DNA of 40,235 bases, taken from Candidatus Uhrbacteria bacterium. GTDB lineage: Bacteria > Patescibacteriota > Patescibacteriia > JACQRZ01. The stretch covers positions 1-40,235 of the forward strand of contig JAHFHK010000005.1 of NCBI GenBank assembly GCA_023246955.1. The letters run 5' to 3'. Positions within the stretch are counted from its first letter, which is position 1. Every line of letters starts with the position of its first letter. The position numbers and the translations under genes were made by a program. Below are positions 19,690 to 30,190 of this stretch, one piece after another. A model generated the notes under the pieces. It had not been told where the DNA came from. It ran no database searches and saw nothing but the letters and a program-made list of their open reading frames with translations.

Positions 19690-21327
19690 ATGGACTCCGT
19701 TCTTGTCGAAAAACCAAAAGGCATCTTGTACCATTGTCTCTATTTTCTCTCCAAAAGAAATGGATTCCTTGGTCTTGGCTATATCGTTGCATCAGTAGGG
19801 GTTCTTGCGGTTATGGTGTCTGGCTATTGTACCCTTCTTGCCCTTGGCTTAGAGCCACAAGATGTTTTGCATCCACAGGGTATCTTTCATGAGGCGCGTA
19901 TTGTTTTGGCACAACAAACTGCAAAACTACAAAGAGTTACTTCAATGGGGTGCCGTGATACGGGGTGTATTGTGTATTCCGAAGATGGGAGGGCCTCATT
20001 CAATATACTCGCTCAGAGCGTCGAACCCTATACTAACGACGTGCTTTCTTTGAAAAAAAATAGTGAGGATCATCCTGTTGTTGCACTCTCTGATTCATCT
20101 CAGACTCATTATTCCCTCCTTGCTTCGTATACTCTTTTTCCTAAAATATTTACTACCAAAAAATCACTAGAATTTTCCGTGACCTATTCACTCAAGGATG
20201 TGCATGAGAATTTACGTAGCGATGCTCGCGTTGCTGTTTTTGATCCCAAAAGTTCCCAATATCATGATTTAGAAGATGCTCAGTGTGTACGTAATGGTAC
20301 TTTGGTTATGTGTTCGGGTAAGACCTCTACCATCTCTACTCTGGGTATTCTTGTTCCTTCCGATGCTGATGGTGATGGCGTTGCCGATACTGTCGATTCC
20401 TGCCCACTCATTCGCGGTAGTTCTCTCGAGAGGGGATGCCCTGACGTAAGGATTTCGCTCCGTTCCTCACTCTTTGCTCTTACTGATACTTTGGTTCAGG
20501 GGGATGAGACGCAGGTGGCGGGGGCCTCGGTTAAGGTTTTTGCTAAAAAAGATATTGAGCGTGGCAATTTTGGTCTTGATGCTCGCTCAGCAAAGACTCT
20601 TTTTGAACAGACAACCGTTGCTCCGCAGGATACCTGTAGCACCGATTATCGTGGTACTTGTGTTCTTTCGGTTACGGATCCTGACGAGTATCTTATTGTT
20701 GGGGCTTTGAATATGGGCGATATTGATGGAGATGGAGCCCCTGATGCGCTCTATGCATTAGAGGCTGTCTCGCGCAACGCATTCGTTGACGATAATCACA
20801 TTGGGTCTGCTCGTGACGGGTTTGCTTCTCTATCCTTTTTTTCTTTGAAGAGCAATGGAGAGAGTGGGGCGCGACGTCGAGATGATTTTGCTTCACACGA
20901 TACGACAGTTTTTGGCGATGCGTTGCATCTTATCTACCCTACCTTGCTCGATAGTCGCGTTACTGGGTATATGCTTCCTATAGCGGTATATGGGACCAAA
21001 GACAAAGAGGTTGTGTCCGCCTTCCTTCATTGTGATGATATGCCTGGGGTTCGTTGCACTCCTTCATCTCAGGTGGTGAATATGAGCGAAATTGCCGGGA
21101 AACGGTATTTATTTTTTCATATAACAAAGGACACCACTTCGGTGTTGAAAAATCCTACTGATGGTGCTCATATGGATCTGTCAGTGAGACGCGGAGACCA
21201 AGAGGCTACATTTCCGATTTATGCAGTTCCCTATGGTCATATTTCGGGCGAAGGTATTGTTGCCAAAGATACTAAGGGGGAGAATTTTCTTCTCAAAACC
21301 CTCAATATTGGCACAAAAGATCAGTGA
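19690..21327 (+). CDS. Membrane-anchored hypothetical protein with a thrombospondin-type-3-like Ca-binding motif
   Basis: N-terminal TM; DADGDGVADTVDSCP and GDIDGDGAPD. Confidence 0.7.
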   Translation: MDSVLVEKPKGILYHCLYFLSKRNGFLGLGYIVASVGVLAVMVSGYCTLLALGLEPQDVLHPQGIFHEARIVLAQQTAKLQRVTSMGCRDTGCIVYSEDGRASFNILAQSVEPYTNDVLSLKKNSEDHPVVALSDSSQTHYSLLASYTLFPKIFTTKKSLEFSVTYSLKDVHENLRSDARVAVFDPKSSQYHDLEDAQCVRNGTLVMCSGKTSTISTLGILVPSDADGDGVADTVDSCPLIRGSSLERGCPDVRISLRSSLFALTDTLVQGDETQVAGASVKVFAKKDIERGNFGLDARSAKTLFEQTTVAPQDTCSTDYRGTCVLSVTDPDEYLIVGALNMGDIDGDGAPDALYALEAVSRNAFVDDNHIGSARDGFASLSFFSLKSNGESGARRRDDFASHDTTVFGDALHLIYPTLLDSRVTGYMLPIAVYGTKDKEVVSAFLHCDDMPGVRCTPSSQVVNMSEIAGKRYLFFHITKDTTSVLKNPTDGAHMDLSVRRGDQEATFPIYAVPYGHISGEGIVAKDTKGENFLLKTLNIGTKDQ

Positions 21328-21362
21328 TCTTCCTCTTATAATTAGGGCAGTATACGGGGGGA

Positions 21363-21391
21363 TTGACTTTTTCTTAAGAAATGGGTATAGT
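21363..21391 (+). promoter_or_regulatory. Sigma70-type promoter of the suf operon
   Basis: TTGACT-17nt-TATAGT, 14 nt before the sufC ATG. Confidence 0.65.
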
Positions 21392-21405
21392 GAGCCCATA
21401 CTTTT

Positions 21406-22185
21406 ATGGATACCAAAACATCGATTCTTTCCGTCAAAAACCTTTCTATTTCGATACAAAATACTCCCGTAGTGAGTGGGGTATCTTTTGACGTTCACGA
21501 GGGCGAGCTTTTTGTGATTATGGGCGCTAATGGTTCAGGAAAAAGTTCGCTCCTCCAGGCTATTATGGGAAACCCTCTCTATCAAGTCACGGGAGGGTCT
21601 GCACATATGGGTGATGTGGATCTTCTTGCGCTCACTCCTGAGAAACGCTCTTTGGCGGGTATTTTTCTGGCGTTTCAGTATCCTCCTGCGATGAGCGGGA
21701 TTCCTTTTGGGAACTTTATTCGTCTTGCGGCGAATGAACAGCAGACACAAATAGGAGGTAGTCCGTTTGCCCCGAAGGCGTTCTTTCCTATTGTCCAGAA
21801 TGCTCTCAAGCGAGTAGAGCTCGACACTACTTTTATTGCTCGTTCGCTTCATGAAGGTTCATCGGGGGGAGAAAAGAAACGTCTCGAGGTCGCACAGATG
21901 AGTATCTTGCAGCCTCGGATTGCTCTTCTTGATGAGATAGACTCGGGCGTAGATGTAGACGGGCTTCGTTCTCTTACAGAAGAAATTGCTCGTCTTCAGA
22001 AAGAAAATGGTATGACGGTTATTCTCGTTACTCACAATACACGAATGTTTCAGTATCTTACTCCTGATCGCATTGCGATTATGTCAAAAGGTACCCTGGT
22101 GAAGATTGGCGATGCGAGTCTTGCGAAACGTATTGAGCAAGATGGCTACGAAGGATTCTTAGGGGAGCCTAGTAACGTTCAATAA
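21406..22185 (+). CDS. sufC: Fe-S cluster assembly ATPase SufC
   Basis: GANGSGKS, GIFLAFQYP, SGGEKKRLE, LDEIDSGVDVD. Confidence 0.95.
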   Translation: MDTKTSILSVKNLSISIQNTPVVSGVSFDVHEGELFVIMGANGSGKSSLLQAIMGNPLYQVTGGSAHMGDVDLLALTPEKRSLAGIFLAFQYPPAMSGIPFGNFIRLAANEQQTQIGGSPFAPKAFFPIVQNALKRVELDTTFIARSLHEGSSGGEKKRLEVAQMSILQPRIALLDEIDSGVDVDGLRSLTEEIARLQKENGMTVILVTHNTRMFQYLTPDRIAIMSKGTLVKIGDASLAKRIEQDGYEGFLGEPSNVQ

Positions 22186-22187
22186 TC

Positions 22188-23603
22188 ATGTCACAGGGAA
22201 GTATCAAAAAAACCGTCGTGAATGCTGTGGGTGACTATAAATTTGGTTTCCATTCTTCGGTTGACTCTGTGTATACGAGTCCCAAGGGACTTTCTCGCGA
22301 AGTGATTGCCGAGATTTCTGAACGAAAGAATGAACCGGCATGGATGCGTGAGTTTCGTCTTCGGGCATTTGATATTTTTCTCGAGAAGCCAATGCCGGAA
22401 TGGGGTGCGGATCTTTCTGGCATCGATTTCAATAATATTCATTATTACGTTCAACCCCAGGATAGTGCAAAGACGCGCTGGGAGGACGTACCTACCGGTA
22501 TCAAAGATACCTTTGAGCGACTAGGTATCCCTGAAGCGGAGAGGAAATTCCTTTCTGGCGCTGGCGCACAATTTGAATCAGAGGTTATTTATCACTCACT
22601 CCATGAATCTCTTTCAAAGAAGGGGGTTATCTTTGATTCGACCGATAACGCTCTTCGTTTGTATCCTGAGATTTTTCAAAAATATTTTGGCAAGGTCATT
22701 CCTCCTACGGATAATAAGTTTGCTGCCTTGAATTCTGCGGTGTGGTCGGGAGGATCATTTGTGTATGTTCCCAAGGGTGTACATATCGAGCTTCCTCTCC
22801 AAGCATATTTTCGCATTAATGCTGAGAACATGGGGCAATTTGAGCGTACGCTAATCATTGCCGATGAAGGGAGTAGTGTTCATTATATCGAAGGATGTAC
22901 CGCTCCTACCTATTCCTCCGACTCACTTCACTCAGCAGTTGTTGAGGTCATTGCCCTTCCTGGTTCACGTGTCCAATATTCAACAATACAGAACTGGTCC
23001 ACTAACGTATACAATCTGGTTACAAAGCGTGCGGTTGCCTATGAGAATGCGCATATGTTGTGGCTCGATTGCAATATTGGTTCAAAGGTAACCATGAAAT
23101 ATCCTGCAGTGTTTTTGCGAGGTGAGGGAGCAAAAGCAGAGATCCATTCCTTTGCATTTTCCGGAAAAGGACAGCATCAGGATGCGGGAGCGAAAGTTAT
23201 TCATCTCGCACCCAACACCTCTTCTACTATCCATGCTCGTTCTATCAGTAAGGATGGAGGGCGTGCAACGTATCGTGGTCTCGTGAAAGTTCCTAATGGA
23301 ATCAAGAATACATCTTCTCGTGTTGTATGTGATGCGTTGATTATGGACTCCGCATCTCGTTCGGATACCTATCCGACTATGGATATCAAAGATGATACTG
23401 CGAGCATTGCTCATGAGGCGAGCGTTACTCGTATTGATGAGGCGACGCTTTTTTATCTTCGCTCTCGTGGGTTCGATAGCGCTACGGCTGCCGCTATGCT
23501 CGTCAACGGATTCGCTACTCCTATCGTAAAGCAGCTTCCTATGGAGTATGCCGTTGAGATGAATCGTCTTATTGCTATTGAAATGGAAGGTTTTTCTCAG
23601 TAA
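22188..23603 (+). CDS. sufB: Fe-S cluster assembly protein SufB
   Basis: AGAQFESE, FAALNSAVWSGGSF, GQFERTLII, EGCTAP, HEAS. Confidence 0.95.
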   Translation: MSQGSIKKTVVNAVGDYKFGFHSSVDSVYTSPKGLSREVIAEISERKNEPAWMREFRLRAFDIFLEKPMPEWGADLSGIDFNNIHYYVQPQDSAKTRWEDVPTGIKDTFERLGIPEAERKFLSGAGAQFESEVIYHSLHESLSKKGVIFDSTDNALRLYPEIFQKYFGKVIPPTDNKFAALNSAVWSGGSFVYVPKGVHIELPLQAYFRINAENMGQFERTLIIADEGSSVHYIEGCTAPTYSSDSLHSAVVEVIALPGSRVQYSTIQNWSTNVYNLVTKRAVAYENAHMLWLDCNIGSKVTMKYPAVFLRGEGAKAEIHSFAFSGKGQHQDAGAKVIHLAPNTSSTIHARSISKDGGRATYRGLVKVPNGIKNTSSRVVCDALIMDSASRSDTYPTMDIKDDTASIAHEASVTRIDEATLFYLRSRGFDSATAAAMLVNGFATPIVKQLPMEYAVEMNRLIAIEMEGFSQ

Positions 23604-23607
23604 TACT

Positions 23608-24264
23608 ATGATCCACCCTACTCCCGCAACTACTCTCCCTGAAATTATCACTATCCTCGCAGGGGAAACACGATGGTATTTTGTCCATGAGGTTGCCCGT
23701 CACTCCTTTATCCTTGAAAAGGACGCTACGTTGTATTGTGTTGTTCTTGCCCATATTTCTGATGAGCGAGCGTGGGACCTTTCTCTGTCTCTCGAGGGTG
23801 CTGGATCGCGGGCGTACATATTTGGTGCGGTCATCATGGAAGAAGGGGCCCGTCTCGATGCACAATGTAGTGTGCAGCATAGTGCGCCCGATACTGAGTC
23901 TCACGTATCGTTGCGTTCAGCATTATTTGCCGATGCTGTGCTGACCTGTCGGGGTATTATCGGATCGAAAAAAGGTGCTCGTGGGGGCAAGGGAGCTTTT
24001 CATCACAAGAGTATTATTTTAGGTGAATCGGCTCAGGTAAAGACTATTCCTTCTTTGGAGATATGTTCTGATGAAATGTCGGCACATCATTCTGCGACGA
24101 TAGACCTTCTTTCTCCGGAGCAATTGTGGTATGCACAGAGTCGTGGTATTTCTTTATCTGACGTTCATCGCCTCTATTATTCCGGATTCTTGGCTCATGA
24201 TGCACAGGGTATTCCTCATCCAGAGATAGCGGAAAATATGAGAAGCTATTTTTCTTTGCAATAG
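23608..24264 (+). CDS. sufD: Short SufD-like protein
   Basis: SufBD beta-helix with IPSLEI...AHHSAT and YAQSRGI; operon position. Confidence 0.8.
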   Translation: MIHPTPATTLPEIITILAGETRWYFVHEVARHSFILEKDATLYCVVLAHISDERAWDLSLSLEGAGSRAYIFGAVIMEEGARLDAQCSVQHSAPDTESHVSLRSALFADAVLTCRGIIGSKKGARGGKGAFHHKSIILGESAQVKTIPSLEICSDEMSAHHSATIDLLSPEQLWYAQSRGISLSDVHRLYYSGFLAHDAQGIPHPEIAENMRSYFSLQ

Positions 24265-24265
24265 T

Positions 24266-25489
24266 ATGTTTGATGTTTCAAAAATACGAGCACAATTTCC
24301 TATACTTTCTCGAGAGATCAACAGGCATCCGTTGGTGTATCTTGATAATGCTTCAACAACACAAAAACCTCAATCGGTTATTGATGCAATGAATGATTTT
24401 TATACCACCCATAATGCCAATATTCATCGTGGGATTTATACTCTTTCCGAAGAGGCAACCGAGATGTACGAAGGTTCTCGGCATGCGGTTGCGGAGTGGA
24501 TTGGCGCCCGTTCGGAGGAAATAGTTTTTACTAAGAACGCAACCGAGGCGATCAATCTTTTTGTTCAGTCTTGGGGGGATACTCACGTCGGTCCTGGAGA
24601 TGAGGTTCTTGTCACTGAACTTGAACATCACGCTAATCTTGTGCCGTGGCAGGAGCTTTGTCGTAGAAAGAGTGCACATTTGAAAGTCGTACCGATTCGG
24701 GAAGATGGTACGATATCGTGCAAAGACGTTGAGGTGTTCCTTACTCCTCGCGTCAAAGTCCTTGCAATTACCGGTATGTCGAATGTGCTCGGTACGATAA
24801 CGCCCCTTAAGGAAATTATCGCATCTGCCCATCGTAATGGGACCGTGGTGATTGTTGATGGTGCTCAACTTTTGGCACATACTGCAGTGTCTGTCGTAAG
24901 TCTGGATTGCGATGCGCTTGTTTTTTCTTTTCATAAGCTTTTTGGACCTACTGGGGTAGGAGTGTTGTATGCAAAAAAGGAGATTCTTGCCGCTATGCCC
25001 CCTGTTGTATACGGAGGAGACATGATTGAGGTAGTCGAGCAGTACCGTGCTCACTATCGAGAGGCGCCTTGGCGTTTTGAAGCAGGAACTCCTAATATTT
25101 CTGGGGTTGCAGGAGTGATCCCGGCTATTGAATTTATCAAGAAGATTTCTCGTGATGGGTCTCATGAGTATTGTTCTTCCCTCTCTGCATATGCGCGCGC
25201 TGCACTTGAATCCATTGATGGGGTCAAGATCTTTGGCCCGCTCGATGCATCATTATCTGGGCCTATTATTTCTTTTTCCTTTGCTGGTATCCATCCCCAT
25301 GACATTGCTACTATTTTTGACGCTGAGGGGATAGCCGTTCGGTCCGGGGCGCACTGCGCACACCCCCTTATGAGGAAATTGGGGGTTCTGGCGACTACCC
25401 GCATCAGTTTGCAATGTTATAATACGCGCGAAGAGATTGATCGAGTATGTTCTGCGCTTGAGAAGGCACGTGTTCTTTTGGCGAAATAG
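24266..25489 (+). CDS. sufS: Cysteine desulfurase SufS
   Basis: YLDNASTTQKP, FSFHK PLP lysine, FEAGTPNI, RSGAHCA. Confidence 0.95.
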   Translation: MFDVSKIRAQFPILSREINRHPLVYLDNASTTQKPQSVIDAMNDFYTTHNANIHRGIYTLSEEATEMYEGSRHAVAEWIGARSEEIVFTKNATEAINLFVQSWGDTHVGPGDEVLVTELEHHANLVPWQELCRRKSAHLKVVPIREDGTISCKDVEVFLTPRVKVLAITGMSNVLGTITPLKEIIASAHRNGTVVIVDGAQLLAHTAVSVVSLDCDALVFSFHKLFGPTGVGVLYAKKEILAAMPPVVYGGDMIEVVEQYRAHYREAPWRFEAGTPNISGVAGVIPAIEFIKKISRDGSHEYCSSLSAYARAALESIDGVKIFGPLDASLSGPIISFSFAGIHPHDIATIFDAEGIAVRSGAHCAHPLMRKLGVLATTRISLQCYNTREEIDRVCSALEKARVLLAK

Positions 25490-25493
25490 GGAT

Positions 25494-25853
25494 ATGGATG
25501 TATTTTCTGAAGAAATTCTTTATCATTATAAGCATCCGCAGTGTTCTGCGCCCCTCATTTCCCCTACATATGAGGCTACAGGGGAGAATGTTTCTTGCGG
25601 GGATATGGTTTCGGTAACTCTTTCTTGTGATCATGATACGGTCCATGATGTGGGTATCGTAGTGTCTGGCTGTGCTATTAGCACCGCATTTGGCTCCTTG
25701 GTTGCTCTTGCGGTGAAGGGAAGAACGAGGGAAGAGGTCTTATCCTGGGATGATGCCCATATCCTTTCTCTGGTAGATGGGGAGGTATCACCTGCTCGAA
25801 AAAACTGTGCCTTTTTGGCGTTTCGTGCCTTAAGAAAAGCATTATTGAAATAA
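25494..25853 (+). CDS. sufU: SufU/IscU-like scaffold or sulfur-transfer protein
   Basis: SCGD, GCAIS and RKNCA conserved cysteines. Confidence 0.88.
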   Translation: MDVFSEEILYHYKHPQCSAPLISPTYEATGENVSCGDMVSVTLSCDHDTVHDVGIVVSGCAISTAFGSLVALAVKGRTREEVLSWDDAHILSLVDGEVSPARKNCAFLAFRALRKALLK

Positions 25854-25857
25854 TTAT

Positions 25858-26214
25858 ATGGATATGAAGAGTTCGCTCACAAGAAAGGATGGTCCTGTCA
25901 TTCGTGTTCCAAAGGAACAGCGCACTAGCGATCTTTGGGAGCGCCTGAATTATGTACTCGATCCCGAGATGGGGGTTGGTGTCGTTGATTTGGGCCTTAT
26001 TTACAATATAGACGTTGAAGAAGGGATTGCGACCGTGGACATGACCTTTACGAGTATGGGCTGTCCCGCGGGGCCCGAGATCGTTGAGGACATAGAGAAG
26101 ACCATCAAGGAGCATCCTGGAATTAAGGAAGTTGTTATCAACATCGTATGGGAGCCAGTATGGGGTCCTGATTTTGTTGATGAAGAGGTGCGGATGATGC
26201 TTTGGGGCCAATAG
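25858..26214 (+). CDS. Metal-sulfur cluster assembly factor (DUF59/SufT-like)
   Basis: VLDPEMGVGVVDLGLIY, MTFTSMGCP, VWEPVW. Confidence 0.88.
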   Translation: MDMKSSLTRKDGPVIRVPKEQRTSDLWERLNYVLDPEMGVGVVDLGLIYNIDVEEGIATVDMTFTSMGCPAGPEIVEDIEKTIKEHPGIKEVVINIVWEPVWGPDFVDEEVRMMLWGQ

Positions 26215-26388
26215 TACGCTATACTCCTTTCCATAGAGACCCCCGCAAAATCGCCCTTTTTTGCTTCATGGGCACCCGTTGAATCCACTCAACGTATTAT
26301 CCATACGCTTCCTAGATTCAACAGCCCGTTCAACAAAAATTCATCGATTTTTCAGAGGTCTTTGCCTTGATTCATAATTTTGTTTTTT

Positions 26389-26856
26389 ATGCTTACTATA
26401 GGAGCAAAGGCACCCTTCTTTTCCCTTCAAGGGCTTCTTGAGGGGAAAGAAGGGAGCTATTCGTTAAAAGATTTTCTTGGGAAGTGGGTGATTCTTTATT
26501 TTTACCCTAAGGACGATACGCCGGGGTGCACCCAGGAGGCTTGTGATTTTCGTGACAGCATGACCGCTCTCTCTGAGAAGAATGCGGTCGTACTCGGTGT
26601 AAGTAAAGACCCTATTATCTCGCATACAAAATTTATACAGAAGTTTGGTCTTCCCTTTGCTCTCCTCTCTGATCCTGATACAAAAGTATGTGAACAGTAT
26701 GGTGCATGGAAGGAAAAATCTATGTATGGGAAAACTTTTTTAGGGATTTCGCGTACTACCGTACTCATAGATCCTTCTGGCAATATCTCAAAGATATGGG
26801 AAAAAGTAAAAGTGTCTGGGCATATACAAGAAGTTATCGATAGCATTCCTGTCTAA
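26389..26856 (+). CDS. bcp: Peroxiredoxin Bcp
   Basis: YFYPKDDTPGCTQEACDFRD. Confidence 0.93.
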   Translation: MLTIGAKAPFFSLQGLLEGKEGSYSLKDFLGKWVILYFYPKDDTPGCTQEACDFRDSMTALSEKNAVVLGVSKDPIISHTKFIQKFGLPFALLSDPDTKVCEQYGAWKEKSMYGKTFLGISRTTVLIDPSGNISKIWEKVKVSGHIQEVIDSIPV

Positions 26857-26907
26857 GTATTTTTTACCTGGTTGTAGCTCTTTATTTTTGTTTTTATCCT
26901 GTTGTAT

Positions 26908-28710
26908 ATGGAGCACGATATCCGTGAAACAATTAAGGAGCGCCTTGATATTGTCGAGATCGTGAAAGAAACAGTTCCATTGCGTCAGGCGGGAGCCAAT
27001 TTTAAGGGACAGTGCCCCTTTCATCAGGAGAAATCTCCTTCGTTTATGGTGAGTCCTGCAAAGCAGATTTGGCATTGTTTTGGCTGTAGCCAAGGGGGAG
27101 ATGTCTTTGGTTTTGTGATGCGTCGAGATGGTCTCGAATTCCCTGAAGCGCTGCGCATCTTGGCCGAGAGGGCAGGGGTAGAGGTTGAAAAAGTGAATCC
27201 TCGGTTTGCTTCTCAAAAAAATACGATGCTCGATATTGTTGAGCAGACTACCGACTTTTTTCATCAGACATTTTTGAAGAATTCTGCAGCAGCAATTGCT
27301 CGTGATTATGCTGTGCAGCGAGGCATTACGTCTGACACTATTGAAGAGTTTCGTATTGGGTATTCGCTGCCCGATTTTGAGGCACTTCATCGTCACTTAC
27401 TGGGCAAGGGGTTTGGCGCGAATGATCTTGCACTTGCGGGAGTGAGTATAAAAAAGAAAGATAGATTTGGTTATTTTGATCGGTTTCGGGGGAGACTTAT
27501 GTTCCCTATCTCGAACCTTCATGGTCAGGTTGTTGGTTTTGGTGGACGCATTCTTGAACACAATGATGATGCAGCAAAATATATGAACTCTCCGCAGACG
27601 TCTTTGTATGATAAGTCACGGATTGTGTTCGGACTTGACAAGGCGAAGAACGAAATTCGGCTCAAAGGATCAGTAGTGCTTGTTGAGGGGTATATGGACT
27701 TTCTTGCCTCATATCAGGCAGGCATCAAAAATGTCGTTGCTTCATCGGGGACGGCGTTAACCGCGGAACAGGTTCGGCTCCTAAAGCGCTTTACTGATAC
27801 GGCTATTTTTTCATTTGATTCTGATAGTGCGGGGATCCAGGCAACCGAACGAGGAGTCACGACAGCACTTCGGGAAGGCCTGCAAGTAAAAGTTCTCCGT
27901 CTTCCCCGCAGCATTGATGGAGCACCTCTTTTTAAGGATCCTGATGAATGCATCCGAAAGGACGTGACGGCTTGGGTGGCGGCAATTGAGGGTGCACAGC
28001 CTTTTTTTGCCTATTTTGCTGATATTCTCTTTCCCGCTGTTTTTAGTGCAGATCCTGCCGAGAAGAAGAAGGCAGCACGGAAGTTCCTGGAGGTTCTTGC
28101 GCTTTTGCCCGATCCGCTCGAGCACGACCACTGGATTACTCAGTGTGCTACTCGTCTTGGATTTAGCGAGAGTATCCTCTGGGAAGAGTTTTCTCGTATT
28201 CGTTCCAAAGAAAAACCTCCCACCCCCTCTCTCGTGGCACCTCCTGCCCTCCCTGTGTCGAATAAGCCTGTTGCCGTCGATAATTATGGCGAACGTCATC
28301 TGGTCGCTCTTCTTATTGCCTATCCAGGCGTTATGGAGGGTATGCAGGGGATGCCGGCGGGGATCTTTACGAAGGATTCTCTGTGGCAGCTTTACAGTAC
28401 TCTTGAGAAGACGTATACTACCATTGATATGTCGCAGGGCGACGATGTTTTGCGTGTTATTCCGATGGAATTGCATGATATCGTACACCTTTTGCGCCTC
28501 TTTTTTTCAAAAGAATACGGAGAGATTGACGAATCCGAAGCGAGGACGACCGCCCACGCGTTGGCGCGGCACCTCATGAATACCTATATACGGAGCAGGC
28601 GATCGTTTCTCCAGCAGAAAATGCGTGAAGCGGAAAGCAAAGGCGATAGCGCTGGCGTTGTTTCTTTTACGCAAGAATTTTTGGAACTGAATAACCTCTC
28701 CCTCCCATGA
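26908..28710 (+). CDS. dnaG: DNA primase
   Basis: [11 protein letters not shown]...CFGC zinc finger; [11 protein letters not shown]; VEGYMD and FDSDSAG TOPRIM motifs; KDPDE. Confidence 0.96.
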   Translation: MEHDIRETIKERLDIVEIVKETVPLRQAGANFKGQCPFHQEKSPSFMVSPAKQIWHCFGCSQGGDVFGFVMRRDGLEFPEALRILAERAGVEVEKVNPRFASQKNTMLDIVEQTTDFFHQTFLKNSAAAIARDYAVQRGITSDTIEEFRIGYSLPDFEALHRHLLGKGFGANDLALAGVSIKKKDRFGYFDRFRGRLMFPISNLHGQVVGFGGRILEHNDDAAKYMNSPQTSLYDKSRIVFGLDKAKNEIRLKGSVVLVEGYMDFLASYQAGIKNVVASSGTALTAEQVRLLKRFTDTAIFSFDSDSAGIQATERGVTTALREGLQVKVLRLPRSIDGAPLFKDPDECIRKDVTAWVAAIEGAQPFFAYFADILFPAVFSADPAEKKKAARKFLEVLALLPDPLEHDHWITQCATRLGFSESILWEEFSRIRSKEKPPTPSLVAPPALPVSNKPVAVDNYGERHLVALLIAYPGVMEGMQGMPAGIFTKDSLWQLYSTLEKTYTTIDMSQGDDVLRVIPMELHDIVHLLRLFFSKEYGEIDESEARTTAHALARHLMNTYIRSRRSFLQQKMREAESKGDSAGVVSFTQEFLELNNLSLP

Positions 28711-30071
28711 AAAAAGTCGTCCCCAAGAAGAAGGCCCCTGCCCCTTCTCATCAGGTGAAGAAGCCTGCACCTCATGCCAAAAAAGCCCCTTCGAAGCCTA
28801 TCCCCAAAACTTCTTCGAGGCCATTGCCGAAGAAGTATCCCTCGGGGTCAAAGGGATCCAGAAAGACGTTTCATTACCCCCCTTCTTCTTCCTCGAAGAA
28901 ATCTGCGAGTATTCCTATGGTTGCCGTCGAACAGACGAAGCCTATTTTTCCTACTCAAGAAAAACTTGCCGTTATATTACAAAAAGGGCGTTCACGGGGT
29001 TTTTTGACGGAAGAAGAGATTTTGCTCTATTTTCCTGACGTGGAAGTGTTCCTCGAACAATACGAGGACTATCTTGATATCCTTGATGGGCATAGTGTGC
29101 AAATTGTTGAGCGTCCTCCGTCGCTTCTCGGCAACATTTCTCTCAAATCTACCGCTCAACAGAATCTCGCTCCTCAGCCAAAGAAGAAAGCTTCAAAGGC
29201 GGTAGCGCCTAAGCTCATGGCGAGTACGATCGATCTTTCTGATATTTCTACCGATTCTATCCAGATGTATCTTCGAGAAATCGGTAAAGTGCCCCTTCTT
29301 ACGACGGAAGAGGAAATTTCTCTTGCAAAACGAAAGGATCGAGGAGATAAGGAGGCTGAATATCGTATTATTGAAGCAAACTTGCGTCTCGTGGTATCGA
29401 TTGCGAAGAAGTTTGTGGACAAGAGTCTTTCGCTTCTTGATTTAATCCAGGAGGGAAATATCGGGCTTTTCCGTGCGGTTGAGAAGTTCGACTATCGTAA
29501 GGGGTATAAGTTCTCTACCTATGCAACGTGGTGGATTCGTCAGGCAATTACTCGTGCCCTGGCTGATCAATCACGTACCATTCGTATTCCGGTACACATG
29601 GTGGAGACGATCAATAAGTTTCAGCAGATCCAGCGCCAGCTCATTCAAGACCTGGGACGTGAACCGTTGCCGGAAGAAGTCGCTGCTGAAATGGGTGAGA
29701 CAGTGGAGAAGGTGCGTCATATTATCAAAATCAACCAGGATACTATATCCATCGATACCTCTGTGGGCGATGATGATGAAAACAGTACGCTCGAGGACTT
29801 TATCGAAGATGTTCGTACGGTTACTCCTGATAGGGCGGCCGCGTTACAGCTTCTGAAAGAGCGTATGCATGCCATCATCAATACCCTCCATCCTCGTGAG
29901 CAGAAGATCCTTGAGATGCGTTTTGGACTTCTTGATGGTGTTTCTCACACTCTCGAAGAGGTGGGGGAGGAATTCGGGGTTACCCGTGAACGTATTCGTC
30001 AGATTGAAGCAAAAGCCCTCGAAAAAATCGAAAAAATCGTCGGTGTCGAGCGGTTGCGAGATTACGTATAG
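28707..30071 (+). CDS. rpoD: Primary sigma factor RpoD
   Basis: [54 protein letters not shown]; ATGA overlap with dnaG. Confidence 0.96.
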   Translation: MKKVVPKKKAPAPSHQVKKPAPHAKKAPSKPIPKTSSRPLPKKYPSGSKGSRKTFHYPPSSSSKKSASIPMVAVEQTKPIFPTQEKLAVILQKGRSRGFLTEEEILLYFPDVEVFLEQYEDYLDILDGHSVQIVERPPSLLGNISLKSTAQQNLAPQPKKKASKAVAPKLMASTIDLSDISTDSIQMYLREIGKVPLLTTEEEISLAKRKDRGDKEAEYRIIEANLRLVVSIAKKFVDKSLSLLDLIQEGNIGLFRAVEKFDYRKGYKFSTYATWWIRQAITRALADQSRTIRIPVHMVETINKFQQIQRQLIQDLGREPLPEEVAAEMGETVEKVRHIIKINQDTISIDTSVGDDDENSTLEDFIEDVRTVTPDRAAALQLLKERMHAIINTLHPREQKILEMRFGLLDGVSHTLEEVGEEFGVTRERIRQIEAKALEKIEKIVGVERLRDYV

Positions 30072-30088
30072 GGCGCGGGATATCCCTC

Positions 30089-30116
30089 TTGCAAATCATA
30101 GAGAACGTGCTACCAT
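30089..30116 (+). promoter_or_regulatory. Promoter of the tRNA-Asn locus
   Basis: TTGCAA-16nt-TACCAT with an extended -10 TG. Confidence 0.55.
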
Positions 30117-30139
30117 GGGTAGTGCGTTCTTTTGTTATA

Positions 30140-30188
30140 TATATTCGGGGGTAGCTCTCCGCCAGCTGGCGGAGGTAGAGCAGTTGGC
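30140..30188 (+). pseudogene. Duplicated 5' half of tRNA-Asn with a palindrome inserted in the D-loop
   Basis: TATATTCGGGGGTAGCTC[TCCGCCAGCTGGCGGA]GGTAGAGCAGTTGGC versus TATATTCGGGGGTAGCTC[AGT]GGTAGAGCAGTTGGC at 30425-30460. Confidence 0.9.
30157..30174. repeat. 18-bp perfect palindrome CTCCGCCAGCTGGCGGAG
   Basis: CTCCGCCAG followed directly by its reverse complement CTGGCGGAG. Confidence 0.95.
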
Positions 30189-30190
30189 AT

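Noticed and set aside
26215-26388. Possible ncRNA between the DUF59 gene and bcp (GTTGAATC/GATTCAAC repeat)
   Set aside because: Only an 8-bp inverted repeat, with no recognisable RNA family features.
1387-29856. Numerous antisense and alternate-frame ORFs (e.g. 1934-2596, 24353-25165, 27811-28488)
   Set aside because: They are shadows of well-supported genes and have no motifs of their own.
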